In this document: positions 24,178-34,869 of the stretch, in pieces
How positions within the stretch are numbered: the first letter of the stretch is position 1
Layout of the letters: every line of letters begins with the position of its first letter
Assembly (NCBI GenBank): GCA_965649825.1
Contig: OZ287700.1
Span: 248,001-312,000, forward strand
DNA: 64,000 nucleotides
Reading direction: 5' to 3'
From: Penicillus capitatus
Lineage: Eukaryota > Plantae > Chlorophyta
The notes under the pieces: generated by a model
The model's database searches: none
Seen by the model: only the letters and a program-made list of their open reading frames with translations
What the model was told of the DNA's origin: nothing
Program-made: the position numbers and the translations under genes

Positions 24178-26174
24178 CTAGCTGATCAGATCGATCATCC
24201 AGTTCACATGTGCACGCAGTTGTCGAGCTTCGGGGAACTTCAGATCTCGGGGCACGCCGATACGATCTCTCAGATACCTGACGCACATGACTCCCGTCTC
24301 TAAAGGCGAAGGATTTGACGCATTACCTCAATGAAAGGACGGCATCGGTACTGGGCAGCATGCTGTTTTCGGGTTCTGCCTGTGTGACGATCTTTGAAGA
24401 CTGTGTCTGTTTGTCATCCACTCCAACAAGCAGCGCGTGGGCAATGTGTCTGCAGAAAGCGTCTGGTCTCAGACGCATGATGGATCTCTTTGATCACCTG
24501 ATAGCTGTATCCGTCTCCGTAAAAGCGTGCATTCCAGGTTGTGCTGTCGGATTCGCAAGGGGTGACGTCACCTTGCGATCGATTTCTTTTCCGCATGCCC
24601 TCAGCGCAAATTTCACCACCGCTTCATGATTCGAGATCAGTCTCTTAGCTGAGCAACAGATCGATGCAGAAGGGAAAGAAAAGTGCGAGGAGACACCGGC
24701 ATGGTATCTGTCGCTCCTTGGATTGTCTCCTGGAGAATAGGGCTCGAAAGAATTGGCAGAGAGAGGCTCCAAAGGCAGACTCCATGCGCCGTTCTTTCCA
24801 AAGATGGTCTCCGCAAACTTCTTACCTGTGATGATCACTATCAGAACTATACCCGACTTCTTCCAACAACCACTCTCACCTTCATCCGCGATGGAACTAT
24901 CTTTGAGAAGAGGCAGCACAGTAAAAGCAATCGTGTAGTAGTCGGCCTTGGTTGCTATGTATGTTGGTCTGGCTTCCATGGCGGCGAACCATGCTTCCAC
25001 ATGCGGGTACCTTCCTTCAAAGACGGTAGAATACGATTAGAGGCGGCTAAGTCTCTCTTACCTTCTCCTCGGACTCGAACTCCTTTGTTAAAGACGAGAG
25101 GCACATCCATCAAGCGTTCAAGGAGTACAGCAGAGATATCTGCCAGGGAGAATTGCTCTCCGAGGAAAAAGGGACCACCACGAGATGCCAGTGCCTCTTC
25201 GACTTTCCCTAACGCCTGCTCAAAGTCTTCTTGTTCCTGCTGGGGATCTGACGAACGACACAACCACTGCAACCACGCCTGTCTTACGGTTTCTATCAAG
25301 CGAAACACCTCTTCACATTGACCGCGTTCGACCGTTCCTGTTCAGACTGTCACGCTTTGATCAGTGACAGAAACGACACCTTTCGGTGGGAGAAGAGGGT
25401 TTTCAGGGAACTCGTCTTCCAGTGCCAGAGCGATATCCGTCGAATCCGTTATCACCTGATCCGGTGTCATTGAACACGGAAAAAGGCTGTGCGCACCAAC
25501 CGAACCTTCCCGTCAAGTTCTATCACTGGCACAATACCAGAAGGCGCCTTCTCAAGGAAACTTTCCGATTTTTCTCCGTAAGACTTTAGGTTGGTCATCT
25601 CGACAGTATAAGGAATCTGTTTTTCTTCCAATTGTATCCAAACCTACTCGCAAATGATCATATCAAATCACACAGTGAGTGGTTGTGGATGTACCTTCTG
25701 ACAGAAAGGGCACCACGCGGCCTGATCACGGTAGAGTTTCACTCGGATCGGATCCGGCTTGCCGAACGTCCTCTTCAGAGAAAGAGCGTTCGGAGGACCC
25801 GTCTCCAAATAATCGCTCTGAGAATATCAGAGTCATTCAACGAATCACGCGCTCTGCCGGACTTGTGTAAGGGATGGATCTCCCAGGAGCTCGCCTTCTC
25901 TCTCCATCAGCGTTTTGAGTTCGGTCCACTCGGGAGCATTGTTGGAGAAGTACACGTTTCGTTGTTCCGTTTCGACGCTAGTGTCTTCGAAAGGAACCTC
26001 ATCTCTGACCAGACCCTGACTATATACGGACAGCACATCTCTCGTCCCGACAACACGAACGACGTCAATCTGACGCTTCGTCTGCGTTTGTCCAGGAGTG
26101 GCTGCCGAATCGCGCCGAATGGGAGAGAAACGCACTCCTGCTGCTAGCCGAGAAGAGGGCCGGCACAGCTGCAT
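24178..26174 (-). CDS. Cys-type glutathione S-transferase-like protein (WCPFC active site; cyanobacterial/algal type), multi-exon
   Basis: Spliced RVKLYRDQAAWCPFCQK...QIPYTVE...YGEKSESFLEKAPSGIVPVIELDGK. GST-C region FEQALGKVEEALASRGGPFFLGEQFSLADI; C-terminus LRDRIGVPRDLKFPEARQLRAHVNW, stop at 24178. Confidence 0.85.
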
Positions 26175-26233
26175 GGTTGAAAAGACTTAGAAAGCCACGA
26201 CGCGTCGTCTCAGCCACAAAGAAACGTCAATGC

Positions 26234-26998
26234 TTACGAACTAGATGAACTTAAATGAACACACGCACGTCTGGATGGGGTGTCTCTGGACTCGGTGTCA
26301 CATTCAGTTGGAGTCTTGTCTGCTTTCTTGTCCAGGCCAGCTATCGACGATCGCTGAGCCCATAAGAAGTCATTGGGTCAGGGTGTTGTCTTCCCCACAG
26401 CAAAAGAGTGAGAAACAACTTTGTAGACACCAGAAATCGTCTCACTGCCATGTCCAATGGTCTGACCACATTGAGTCCATCCGGTCGAAAGGTGAATAAT
26501 GAAGAAATCTGTTAGTTTTTCATCTTCCATCTGTGTGACATTTATCTGTTCTGAAGGAGCGAAGTTATCATGCAGGAACACGATCACGCACTCCGCCGTT
26601 GGAGTTCACCGAGTATCGAGGTTCTTCGTGACTCGCGCGTCAAAACCGTGCTGAGTATGTAGGATCGATTCCCGCAATGGGTCGATTAAAAACGTACTGT
26701 TCATAGTCTCATCGTTCAACGTCACTGATTTCATCGAGACTGAAGTGATCGACACAGACTTGGTTCCATTCACCTACAGCGTCCCGCAGATTCTTCTCCA
26801 TTGAGTGATCCATCCAACACTCCTCCAGTTGGACGACGGAAGAGGACGCATCATAAGAGTCACGTTGCTGTTATGACAGATAGCATAAGAAGCCTCCATT
26901 GAGCGATGCACTCTTCTGTTCGGCAGCCTCGCCTTATCCAGACCAAAAAGTAGCGAAAACCGTTCTTCAGCCAATGCCTCATCTTCTGGCATCGTCAT
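26234..26998 (-). CDS. Hypothetical multi-exon protein
   Basis: Consecutive protein-like frames (MTMPEDEALAEERFSLLFGLDK...; TFLIDPLRESILHTQHGFDARVTKNLDT; IVFLHDNFAPSEQ...) are separated by GT..AG segments, one carrying the intronic AAAAGAGTGAG motif at about 26402. No family was recognised. Confidence 0.3.
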
Positions 26999-27124
26999 GT
27001 TTATACATCGCCAAGACGCACTCAAGAGTCATGATACCTCTTCATCGCACTCCCCTCTGCAACATCTAACGGGAGCAATGAGGTATTTATTAAGCGCACG
27101 TTACGGTTACGACTAAAGACAGGG

Positions 27125-28273
27125 CTACAACAGCTTCCAGCTTTCCCCGACTGGCCAATTCAGACCAGGCATCTTTCGACGGGCAAAGGACAACTGGATA
27201 ATTTCCCAACGCTTGTTTTCTATGGATCTCCGTCGATGTTGCTTTCGAGACAGCTTCTCGGAATTGTTGTACATGTCCCTCAGTTCCGAGAGGCCTCGGA
27301 CTTGATGTATGATGACGCGCATAGGCAAATCAACCTCCCCTTTAATGTACAGCTGAATTTCCCAGATGCGATCGGACATAGGAAGACCCACAGCGGCAAG
27401 GGCTCTCGTCACTCTGGCTCTTCGCCTCGTCTCACGATGTCTGTCTTTCCAAAAGAACAGAAGCTTGCGAGCGATCTCCGATTCTTCGCCGCCATACAGT
27501 ATACGCGTCTGGCTCTTGGCATGACGCATGATTTTGTCAGCGAGCGATGGCTGCACCTTCTGAAGCAGATATCCACGAATGAGCTTTCTGGGATCTGCCG
27601 AGGCGAATGCGTTGTAGTCGTCTTCGAGGGGCGTCTTCACCAAAGCACGGCGTTCCGAATCTTTCAGACGGTGCAGAATTCTTCGGCCCTCGAGTCGAAA
27701 CACGGCTTGCATCTTTCTCTTCAGTTCTTGAAACTCGACAGGCCCAGCATCGGGATGTGTCACACAGAAATCGATCGCAGCAGCTGGATGGGCTCCTGGA
27801 CACGCGTTCAGAATATCTCGAACACGGGGCAGCGCTTTCCAACGCGCTCTGATCTCTCTCCAACGAACTTTGCCTGCATTCGGTGCCACGAAATCTCTGG
27901 CGAAGAAAATCTTGAGTGTGCGTTCTCTTTCGATGGCTGACAGTGCGACACTGAGATTCACACGCCACAGCACAATCTCTCTGCTCTTTGACGGTCGCCC
28001 GGCACTGCGTTGCGTTCTCTGTTGCTGCTGTCTAGCTATTCTCCAGTCGTCAAGACAGTTTCGCCGACGCGTCTCGTGACGTAGGCGTCGCGCGTCCGTT
28101 GATTGGCATCGATACATCTTTGCCGCATCCTTTCGTGCTGCGAAGAACGCATTGCCTATTCTGGTATCTTTCTCACAGCAATCCACACAGATGCTGAGTT
28201 CGATTTTTTGCGGCGAACCGTGAACGATTCCATTGCATACCATGCACTTCATGGTATACACGTCGCCTTCCAT
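27125..28273 (-). CDS. XPA-like family paralog 3 (intronless)
   Basis: CMVC...ELSICVDCC, KDAAKMYRC, CPGAHPAAAIDFC...AGPVEFQELKRKMQAVFRLEGRRILHRL, and C-terminal RRARVTRALAAVGL...YIKG. Confidence 0.8.
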   Translation of the reverse strand: MEGDVYTMKCMVCNGIVHGSPQKIELSICVDCCEKDTRIGNAFFAARKDAAKMYRCQSTDARRLRHETRRRNCLDDWRIARQQQQRTQRSAGRPSKSREIVLWRVNLSVALSAIERERTLKIFFARDFVAPNAGKVRWREIRARWKALPRVRDILNACPGAHPAAAIDFCVTHPDAGPVEFQELKRKMQAVFRLEGRRILHRLKDSERRALVKTPLEDDYNAFASADPRKLIRGYLLQKVQPSLADKIMRHAKSQTRILYGGEESEIARKLLFFWKDRHRETRRRARVTRALAAVGLPMSDRIWEIQLYIKGEVDLPMRVIIHQVRGLSELRDMYNNSEKLSRKQHRRRSIENKRWEIIQLSFARRKMPGLNWPVGESWKLL

Positions 28274-29001
28274 CCTCGTGCTATCGGCTATGATATGCTA
28301 GCTGGGGAAAACCAAAGTGTGAGGACTCGTGTCGTACGATTCGGCTTCGTCAGCAATGTCTTGATCATTTTTTCCGCGTGGTTCCTTAACGACGTCTTTT
28401 CAACGGACATCCCTTTTTAAAAATCCGACACGACGATGGGTCACCAAGACGATCTGGGTCAGTGAACCACGGCGGTGACGCCTGTCTTGTCGGGAGTTGT
28501 GAGACGTCCATCTCTCAATAGCTGCTGTCGGATGGCATTTGGCCTTCCATTTCTCCGGCTGCAAAGTAAAGACTTCGTTTGTCGGACTCTGTTACAGTCA
28601 GATGCGTTTTAACAAATCCCCCGATCTCCCCCGATGCGTAAAGAAATCATCACTACTGCTGGACCAAACCATTAAGTCGTCAGAGACGGTAAGTTATCAA
28701 AAATTCGAGACTCCATAAAATGGGAAAGCCTGTTAGCACGGCTTCGAAATCGCCCACGGTCAGCAAAGAATCCGTCAACAATTCCAGCCGCTGTTATGAC
28801 GTTATGAAATCAGCAAGCAAAGAAGTCATAAAAAGCACCACACACGTCCACTCAGCCACCTTCGGGACATAAACCATCCAACAAAAGAAGAAGCTGCCTT
28901 CATCACACTTAAGCTGACGTCTCGAATAACCGTCCTCCAAAACGGGAACAGTTTTATGGGTGTTATCATCGACTGCACTAGTGATAGGGATGTCTATCGG
29001 A

Positions 29002-29904
29002 TCATCGCATTTCCCTTTCTGCCGCTTCGCATCTTTCCGTCCAGAACTCCAGCAGCTTCGTTGCCAGGACCGACGCTTCGCCTCCGCAGTCGATGTATCT
29101 CTGCGAATCGGGATGGGTCATGATCTTATCGGCCAGCGTCACATCGATGTGTTCTGTCAGATGCATTTGGATGTCGATCCTGCCTTCTTCTGTCTGGAAG
29201 ACGTCTCCTTGCAGCGGAGTGTTGCGCAGAGCCAGAGACTCCGCATGACTCAAGTGCCTAAAGATTCTGTGCCCTTCGATGCGGAACACCCTGCGCATCT
29301 TCTCCTTCAGTTCCCGAAACTCGACAGGGCCGGCGGCGGGATACTGAACACAGAAATCGAATGCCGCACCGGGATGCGCACCGGGACACTCGTGGAGGAT
29401 TTCGAGAACACGAGGCAGGACGATCAGACGCATTCTGAGCTCTGTCGATTTCTGCCGCCGCTGTCCACAGAGACAGACGAGTAATACGCGTTTCTTTTCG
29501 CAAATCAACTCGGCATCGGCCATGTGAATGCTCCTCGCGATTTTCTCCGGTCGACTCAGCTTTCGCCGACGTCGCGTTTCGCCGCTCTCGATCACGTGCT
29601 GCTTGGCCAAGTACTCTCCAAAAACTCCCAAACAGCGCACTTCTACGGTGAGGTAGGTCGGAGAGACGCCTCCAATCGTGCGGTCTCGTGTTGGTAGGGA
29701 TGACAGTAGCCGAAGGTGTTTCTCACGACACCTGTAGAAATGAATGGCGTTCGATTTTGGGACAATCGGTAGTTCATGGGTCTTGAGCTTCGTCGAACAG
29801 CAGTCCGTGCAGCACAGATGGACTGTGATACCGAGGATGGACCCCTCAACCTTCCCCTCGCATATGGCGCACTTTCGCGGCGTCGTCATCCGCGCTGTCG
29901 TCAT
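29002..29904 (-). CDS. XPA-like family paralog 4 (intronless)
   Basis: CAIC...HLCCTDCC, KSNAIHFYRCREKHL...YLTVEV, CPGAHPGAAFDFC...AGPVEFRELKEKMRRVFRIEGHRIFRHL. The ORF is open to 30060. Confidence 0.8.
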   Translation of the reverse strand: MTTARMTTPRKCAICEGKVEGSILGITVHLCCTDCCSTKLKTHELPIVPKSNAIHFYRCREKHLRLLSSLPTRDRTIGGVSPTYLTVEVRCLGVFGEYLAKQHVIESGETRRRRKLSRPEKIARSIHMADAELICEKKRVLLVCLCGQRRQKSTELRMRLIVLPRVLEILHECPGAHPGAAFDFCVQYPAAGPVEFRELKEKMRRVFRIEGHRIFRHLSHAESLALRNTPLQGDVFQTEEGRIDIQMHLTEHIDVTLADKIMTHPDSQRYIDCGGEASVLATKLLEFWTERCEAAEREMR

Positions 29905-30510
29905 GCAATCGCTCGAAGAAATCGAAGCGACTGGAAGGAAGTGGATTTTTGACAGATTTGATGGTGCGGTTGCCAGATACGAAATCTGTCCATCACAGGG
30001 CAACGCATCGTACACTCTTGATGTCTGCCAACGCGCCTTGTGAAGGCCATCCATAGACATGGTCCTCTCTCCTCCATACCATTTCTCATTGCTATTCGAT
30101 GCGTTTCAAGGCACGACGAGATCCCCCATCAGTTCCAGAATCGAAAGCTCCTGTGCAGGTGTCCAATCGTGTCCAAGTTCAAAGAGTGAGCAAGTCACAT
30201 CAGTGACACCGCAGATGCTCCGTTTCTGTTCGATGGATGACGTCTGCTGTTCTTGAGTGCGTCATGAGGAAGGGGTCTGCGTTAAAAATCAATGCTCGTT
30301 ATACACACTTGTCCATGACGGACATGAGGGAGGTCAGACTCGGGTGGATTGTTTAGAGGCATTGCTGATGGACCTATTCATCACACCTGAAAACGGATAA
30401 TGGGTATCTTCAGACAGAAAGCATGCTTAGCATGGAAAACGCCAAAAACACGTTTTCTGAGTGAAGCTGTACACGATGTCGAAAAAAATACGACCCAGTG
30501 TTGCCGATCT

Positions 30511-31668
30511 CTAAATCGACCGATTTTCGTGATCAAAGACATCCATGTAGTAACTACGCGTCACGCGTTGCGCTGCAGCAAGGACTCTGTTCCTATACAG
30601 TCTGCGATTATGCTGCACGTGGTAACGCCGATGCACCGCGTCCAGAAGAATGAGCTCTTCGGGGTCGTAATCCACCTTGCCGGAGATGTACCTCTGGCAT
30701 TGGGCCATGTCCAAAGGCATGGATCGTCCCATTTCGGCAAAGGCCGCTTCCAATCTCTCCCTTCGCTTCTCGGGGTCGTGCCTTTCGCTCCAGAACAGCA
30801 GCAGCTTCGTCGCCACTTCTGACGCATCGCCCCCACGATTGATACGTCTCTGGCTGTCCAGGTGTTCCATCATCGCATCTGCCTCTTCTGAATCGACGTG
30901 TTCGGTCAGATAACGTCGAATCAAGTTCCTGCCCTCTTCGCTCTGAAAGACGTCCTCCTGCAGAGGAGTGCCCCACAGATCTCGACGCTCCGATCGAGTG
31001 AGATGGCAGAAGATTCGGTGTCCCTCGATACGGAACGCGCTCTTCATGTTCTCTTTCAACGCTCGGAACTCAGCTGAACCCGCTTTCGGATTCTGGATGC
31101 AGAAATCGAACGCCGCACCAGGATGCGCTCCACGGCAGTTTCTCACAATCTCGCGCACGCGAGACATCGCTGCTCGACGAGCTTTGATCTCTGCCAGGCA
31201 CACCTGTGGATGACTCTGTCGTACATAATCCCCAAGGAGAAAGATCATCAGGGTCTTGTTGTTCTCGCTGGCAAACTCCCCCTTCGTAATGTACAGACGC
31301 TTCAGCGTTTCTTCCTTCCTCTTCATCAGCACCAACCGCCTTTTCTCCTCAAACTCTGTCTGTTTCTTCATTTCTGCTGCTTTTCGGATGTTGCCGAGAT
31401 ATTCGACTTCGGCTGTGATGTAATAGGTCTCGACACAGTCGTCGTCCAGTAACCTTGCTGTCAGATGAGTGAGACGGCTCAAGTCTTCTTCCCTGCAGTG
31501 ATAGTCTATGATAGCGGAGGCCTCACGCACAATGGAAGACTCGTGAACCGTAGACGCTGTGGCGCAGCACTCGGCGCATAACAGAGTTAACCGAAGACCA
31601 GAGTATAGGCCGACGACGTCCACGCCGCACATTGCACATTTTCTTGGCGCCCTTTCCATCGCGTCCAC
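30511..31668 (-). CDS. XPA-like family paralog 5 (intronless; most complete member)
   Basis: CAMC...LLCAECC, ASAIIDYHCREEDLSRL...YYITAEVEYL, CRGAHPGAAFDFC, and RRERLEAAFAEMG...CQRYISG. Confidence 0.82.
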   Translation of the reverse strand: MDAMERAPRKCAMCGVDVVGLYSGLRLTLLCAECCATASTVHESSIVREASAIIDYHCREEDLSRLTHLTARLLDDDCVETYYITAEVEYLGNIRKAAEMKKQTEFEEKRRLVLMKRKEETLKRLYITKGEFASENNKTLMIFLLGDYVRQSHPQVCLAEIKARRAAMSRVREIVRNCRGAHPGAAFDFCIQNPKAGSAEFRALKENMKSAFRIEGHRIFCHLTRSERRDLWGTPLQEDVFQSEEGRNLIRRYLTEHVDSEEADAMMEHLDSQRRINRGGDASEVATKLLLFWSERHDPEKRRERLEAAFAEMGRSMPLDMAQCQRYISGKVDYDPEELILLDAVHRRYHVQHNRRLYRNRVLAAAQRVTRSYYMDVFDHENRSI

Positions 31669-32309
31669 GAAGGAAATTCAGTCCAGAGGGGATGGATACG
31701 GTTGAAGGCCAATGACAATCGATCCGCTTCGGTGATGGCCGTCGTCAGCAAACGAAGTAAATGGCGTTCACACATTACGGCGTCATATGTGTGACCTATT
31801 GCGCTACATCGAATCGCTCACACTATCGCTGTACGCGTAGGAATCTGACGTCGTATGGCTCTACCCTCCTTCCTTAGGACGAATCTGCCAAAAGTCTCCG
31901 TGACCGTAGCAACACACTCTGAGCATCGATGGCGGCGTCTTGAAGGTTCCATGCAGACACGGGACGGCCACTCAAAAACATACATCTATGGCAGGAATCC
32001 ATCCGGAAGGTGCCCCACACATTACTGCTGCTGCAGATCACCTGCGCGTCATGCCCTCCATTGTCCTCGTCGTCTGCCTTTTCTTAAGAGACACTGAAGG
32101 GGCGGAATGCTGAAAATAAGCACGTGGCTTTATTTAAAGGTAAAAGGCATTTGCCCGTGGTGCTCCCCATCAGATCCGCCCGGTTCATCACTATCGCCGT
32201 CGGTACATCTGACATTCCGGATGATCGACCTATTTATTCAGCAAAGTCGAGTCATCCACTTGCGTTGTTCGATAACGACAAGAAAAGAGTTTCGGGTGAT
32301 CTCCTCCAA

Positions 32310-33047
32310 TTATTCACAATCTCGAACTGCGTCTTCGAGAGGAGTGCCTTTCAGCAGATCCACTTCCATCGGACAGAGATGCTGTAGAATTCGCCTTCCT
32401 TCGATTCGGAAGACCCTCCGTATCTTCTGCTTCAATTCCTGAAATTCGGCAGGACCCGATCGAGAATGCATCACACAAAAATCAAAAGCAGCTTCCGGAT
32501 GTGCCCCGGGACACGTTTCCAAAATCTCTTCCACGCGATCCAGGACAGCAACTCGCTTGAAAACATCTTCCAACTTAATCTGCGGCGTCTCGCACTTCAG
32601 GTAGTCGCCGAGAAGAACATTCCACACGACTCTGTTGGATCTATGAATCACTTCAGCCGCCATAACATCCAGTTGTGCCAGAAGGTCATGCCATCGTTCG
32701 ATGAGCAACGCACGTAATGCTTTTTCCTTTTTCGCTTTCTCCCTTCTCTTCAAAGCCTCCCCAAGGCACTGCAGTTCGGCAACGAGATAAAACTGTGCAA
32801 AACGTCGAATGCGAATGCGACTAGAATGCCTTGGACGTGTTGTACAGGAGAGGAGCATCAAATCGCTCTCTGTGAAGTCCGTCAGTTTCAGGACAAGTTC
32901 TTTGGGCAGGAGGAAGGGTAAGGGATGGGATTCCTCTTGTACCTTTTCGCAACACTGGAGGCAGCAAATACTGAGAAGGACGCCACAATGAGATCCTTTG
33001 ACAGGTCTATTGCACGTTACACACGTGTGCGGTTCGTTTTCCTCCAT
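32310..33047 (-). CDS. XPA-like family paralog 6 (intronless, C-terminally truncated; possible pseudogene)
   Basis: CVTC...ICCLQCC, FYLVAELQCL, CPGAHPEAAFDFC. It stops at EDAVRDCE, and a remnant DHPECQMY appears downstream in another frame. Confidence 0.72.
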   Translation of the reverse strand: MEENEPHTCVTCNRPVKGSHCGVLLSICCLQCCEKVQEESHPLPFLLPKELVLKLTDFTESDLMLLSCTTRPRHSSRIRIRRFAQFYLVAELQCLGEALKRREKAKKEKALRALLIERWHDLLAQLDVMAAEVIHRSNRVVWNVLLGDYLKCETPQIKLEDVFKRVAVLDRVEEILETCPGAHPEAAFDFCVMHSRSGPAEFQELKQKIRRVFRIEGRRILQHLCPMEVDLLKGTPLEDAVRDCE

Positions 33048-33899
33048 CCTTTTCTCGCGTCCTTTAGAAAGACGGTCTGTTGTCTTGTGACGGTTTTTGG
33101 TACGAAGGATGGCTAGATGTGAATCGACGGGATGGACATCGAACGAGAAACTCGCCGGTACGTACTGGGATGCATCATCCACCACTTACTGTCAATGTGT
33201 CTACAGCGGCAACGGCCGGTCGATGACACCCCTGCTGCGGCAAGATGGATGCCAAAGAGCTAGCTCCACACGTGGTGCGATTCGGCGAGGGACGGGGGCA
33301 ATGGGTAAAGGAAAGCTTGGTTGGATGTAGGCACGTTTCGTAATACAAACCCGAATGTCAAGGAAGATAGATTCATGAAAACTGAGTGATGTGTTGTTAC
33401 GTACGGCACATCTGGAAATCACTGTCTCGCCTGCAAAGGGCTCAGGCAATCGAATCTTATAATCTCCTCATACGTTAAGATCTTCGGCGAAAAACGAGCG
33501 GCCGTGCCACTCAATTTTTCGATTCAATGCAGATACCTGTCGATACGAAGTCAGCAAGGGGAAAGGTGCTGTTCTGTTGCAGGGGCTTGAACGCAACAAC
33601 TTCGTTCGACGGCATCCGGTTACCAGCGCAAGAAATTTAGCAGAATGATGGATCCCCACCCCCTCTTGCCCGAAATGCTGTTCCAGAATCGATTCATAAC
33701 AAGAAGCGCAGATCATCAGATGGCTGCCGACAAGGACGGTATCCACGTTCACCGCTTCGCTGCATCGTGTCGTTCATGACGCGTCTCACTCCATCGACTT
33801 TATCACACAATAGCACCCCGCTCCACCCACCCACCAGCAACAGCTCGCTTGCACACGCGTCGTTTTCTGCATCGCTTCTGTCGTCGAGGCTGGTGATCC

Positions 33900-34670
33900 T
33901 TATTTCAAAACGGCAACCCAGCGGACCTCAATTTTGCATTCTGCTGATAAAAATGTGTACGGATCGAGATGGGTTCCTCTCAGACAGTAAAGGTCGACCA
34001 CACTGAGATGCTGTACGATACGCTGCCCTTCGATGCGGAAGACTCTTCGCATCTTGTCCTTCATTTCCTGAAACTCGATGAGACCAGCATCCGGGTAGGC
34101 CACACAAAAATCGAAAGCCGCTTGAGGATGAACCCCCAGACATCTGCGCCGAATCTCCCGAACGCGTGGAAGCACGGCAACGCGTTGCTGAATGACATCG
34201 ATCGTCGTTCTCGGCATCTCGCGCTTTAAATAATCCCCGAGAACGGCAATCCACAAAATTCTGTCCTCCTCTTTGGTAAATTCCGCAGTCCCAATCTTCA
34301 GTTTCTTGAGCAGTAACTGCTTTCTCTTGATCATTCTCTTGCGAAATTCTCTATTTTCGGACGTCTGTTGGCGTTTCTCTTGTACAGCTTGATGCAGATG
34401 TGCCACCTCGGCTGTCAAAAAGACCCGTTTGCAATAACGGTTGCGCTCGTCGCCTCTGTGTCTCACATGCGACGAGGACAGCAGCAGTAAATCCATCTGA
34501 TGGTAAGCATAGAGCTGCATCGCCGTTTCCTCAGACGTGTACTTCAAAACGCTTTCGCTTTGCACTTTCTTACAGCATCGAGCGCACAAAATACTTAATG
34601 CGATTCTGTCGATGCTACCTCGTACGGGAAGCTTACAGAGGACACATCTCTTCGGCCTCCATTTCAACAT
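33900..34670 (-). CDS. XPA-like family paralog 7 (intronless, short C-terminus)
   Basis: CVLC...ILCARCC, ETAMQLYAYHQMDLLLL...VFLTAEVAHL, CLGVHPQAAFDFC...VFRIEGQRIVQHL. Confidence 0.75.
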   Translation of the reverse strand: MLKWRPKRCVLCKLPVRGSIDRIALSILCARCCKKVQSESVLKYTSEETAMQLYAYHQMDLLLLSSSHVRHRGDERNRYCKRVFLTAEVAHLHQAVQEKRQQTSENREFRKRMIKRKQLLLKKLKIGTAEFTKEEDRILWIAVLGDYLKREMPRTTIDVIQQRVAVLPRVREIRRRCLGVHPQAAFDFCVAYPDAGLIEFQEMKDKMRRVFRIEGQRIVQHLSVVDLYCLRGTHLDPYTFLSAECKIEVRWVAVLK

Positions 34671-34869
34671 GGCTGCAAATAGACCGCGTGGGATGACAAG
34701 ACGTGATGACAGTCCACGGCCAAACCGAAAGGTCTTCAGGGCAATTGTCCCGTCCGTGTGAGAACAGACGCATTCATTGAATGCTCTTGATGTACGTCAT
34801 TCCATCGATCGAACGCCCATCGATCGTTCTGCAGATTTCGAGCAGAGGCGAAAGAAACCCATTGCCGAC

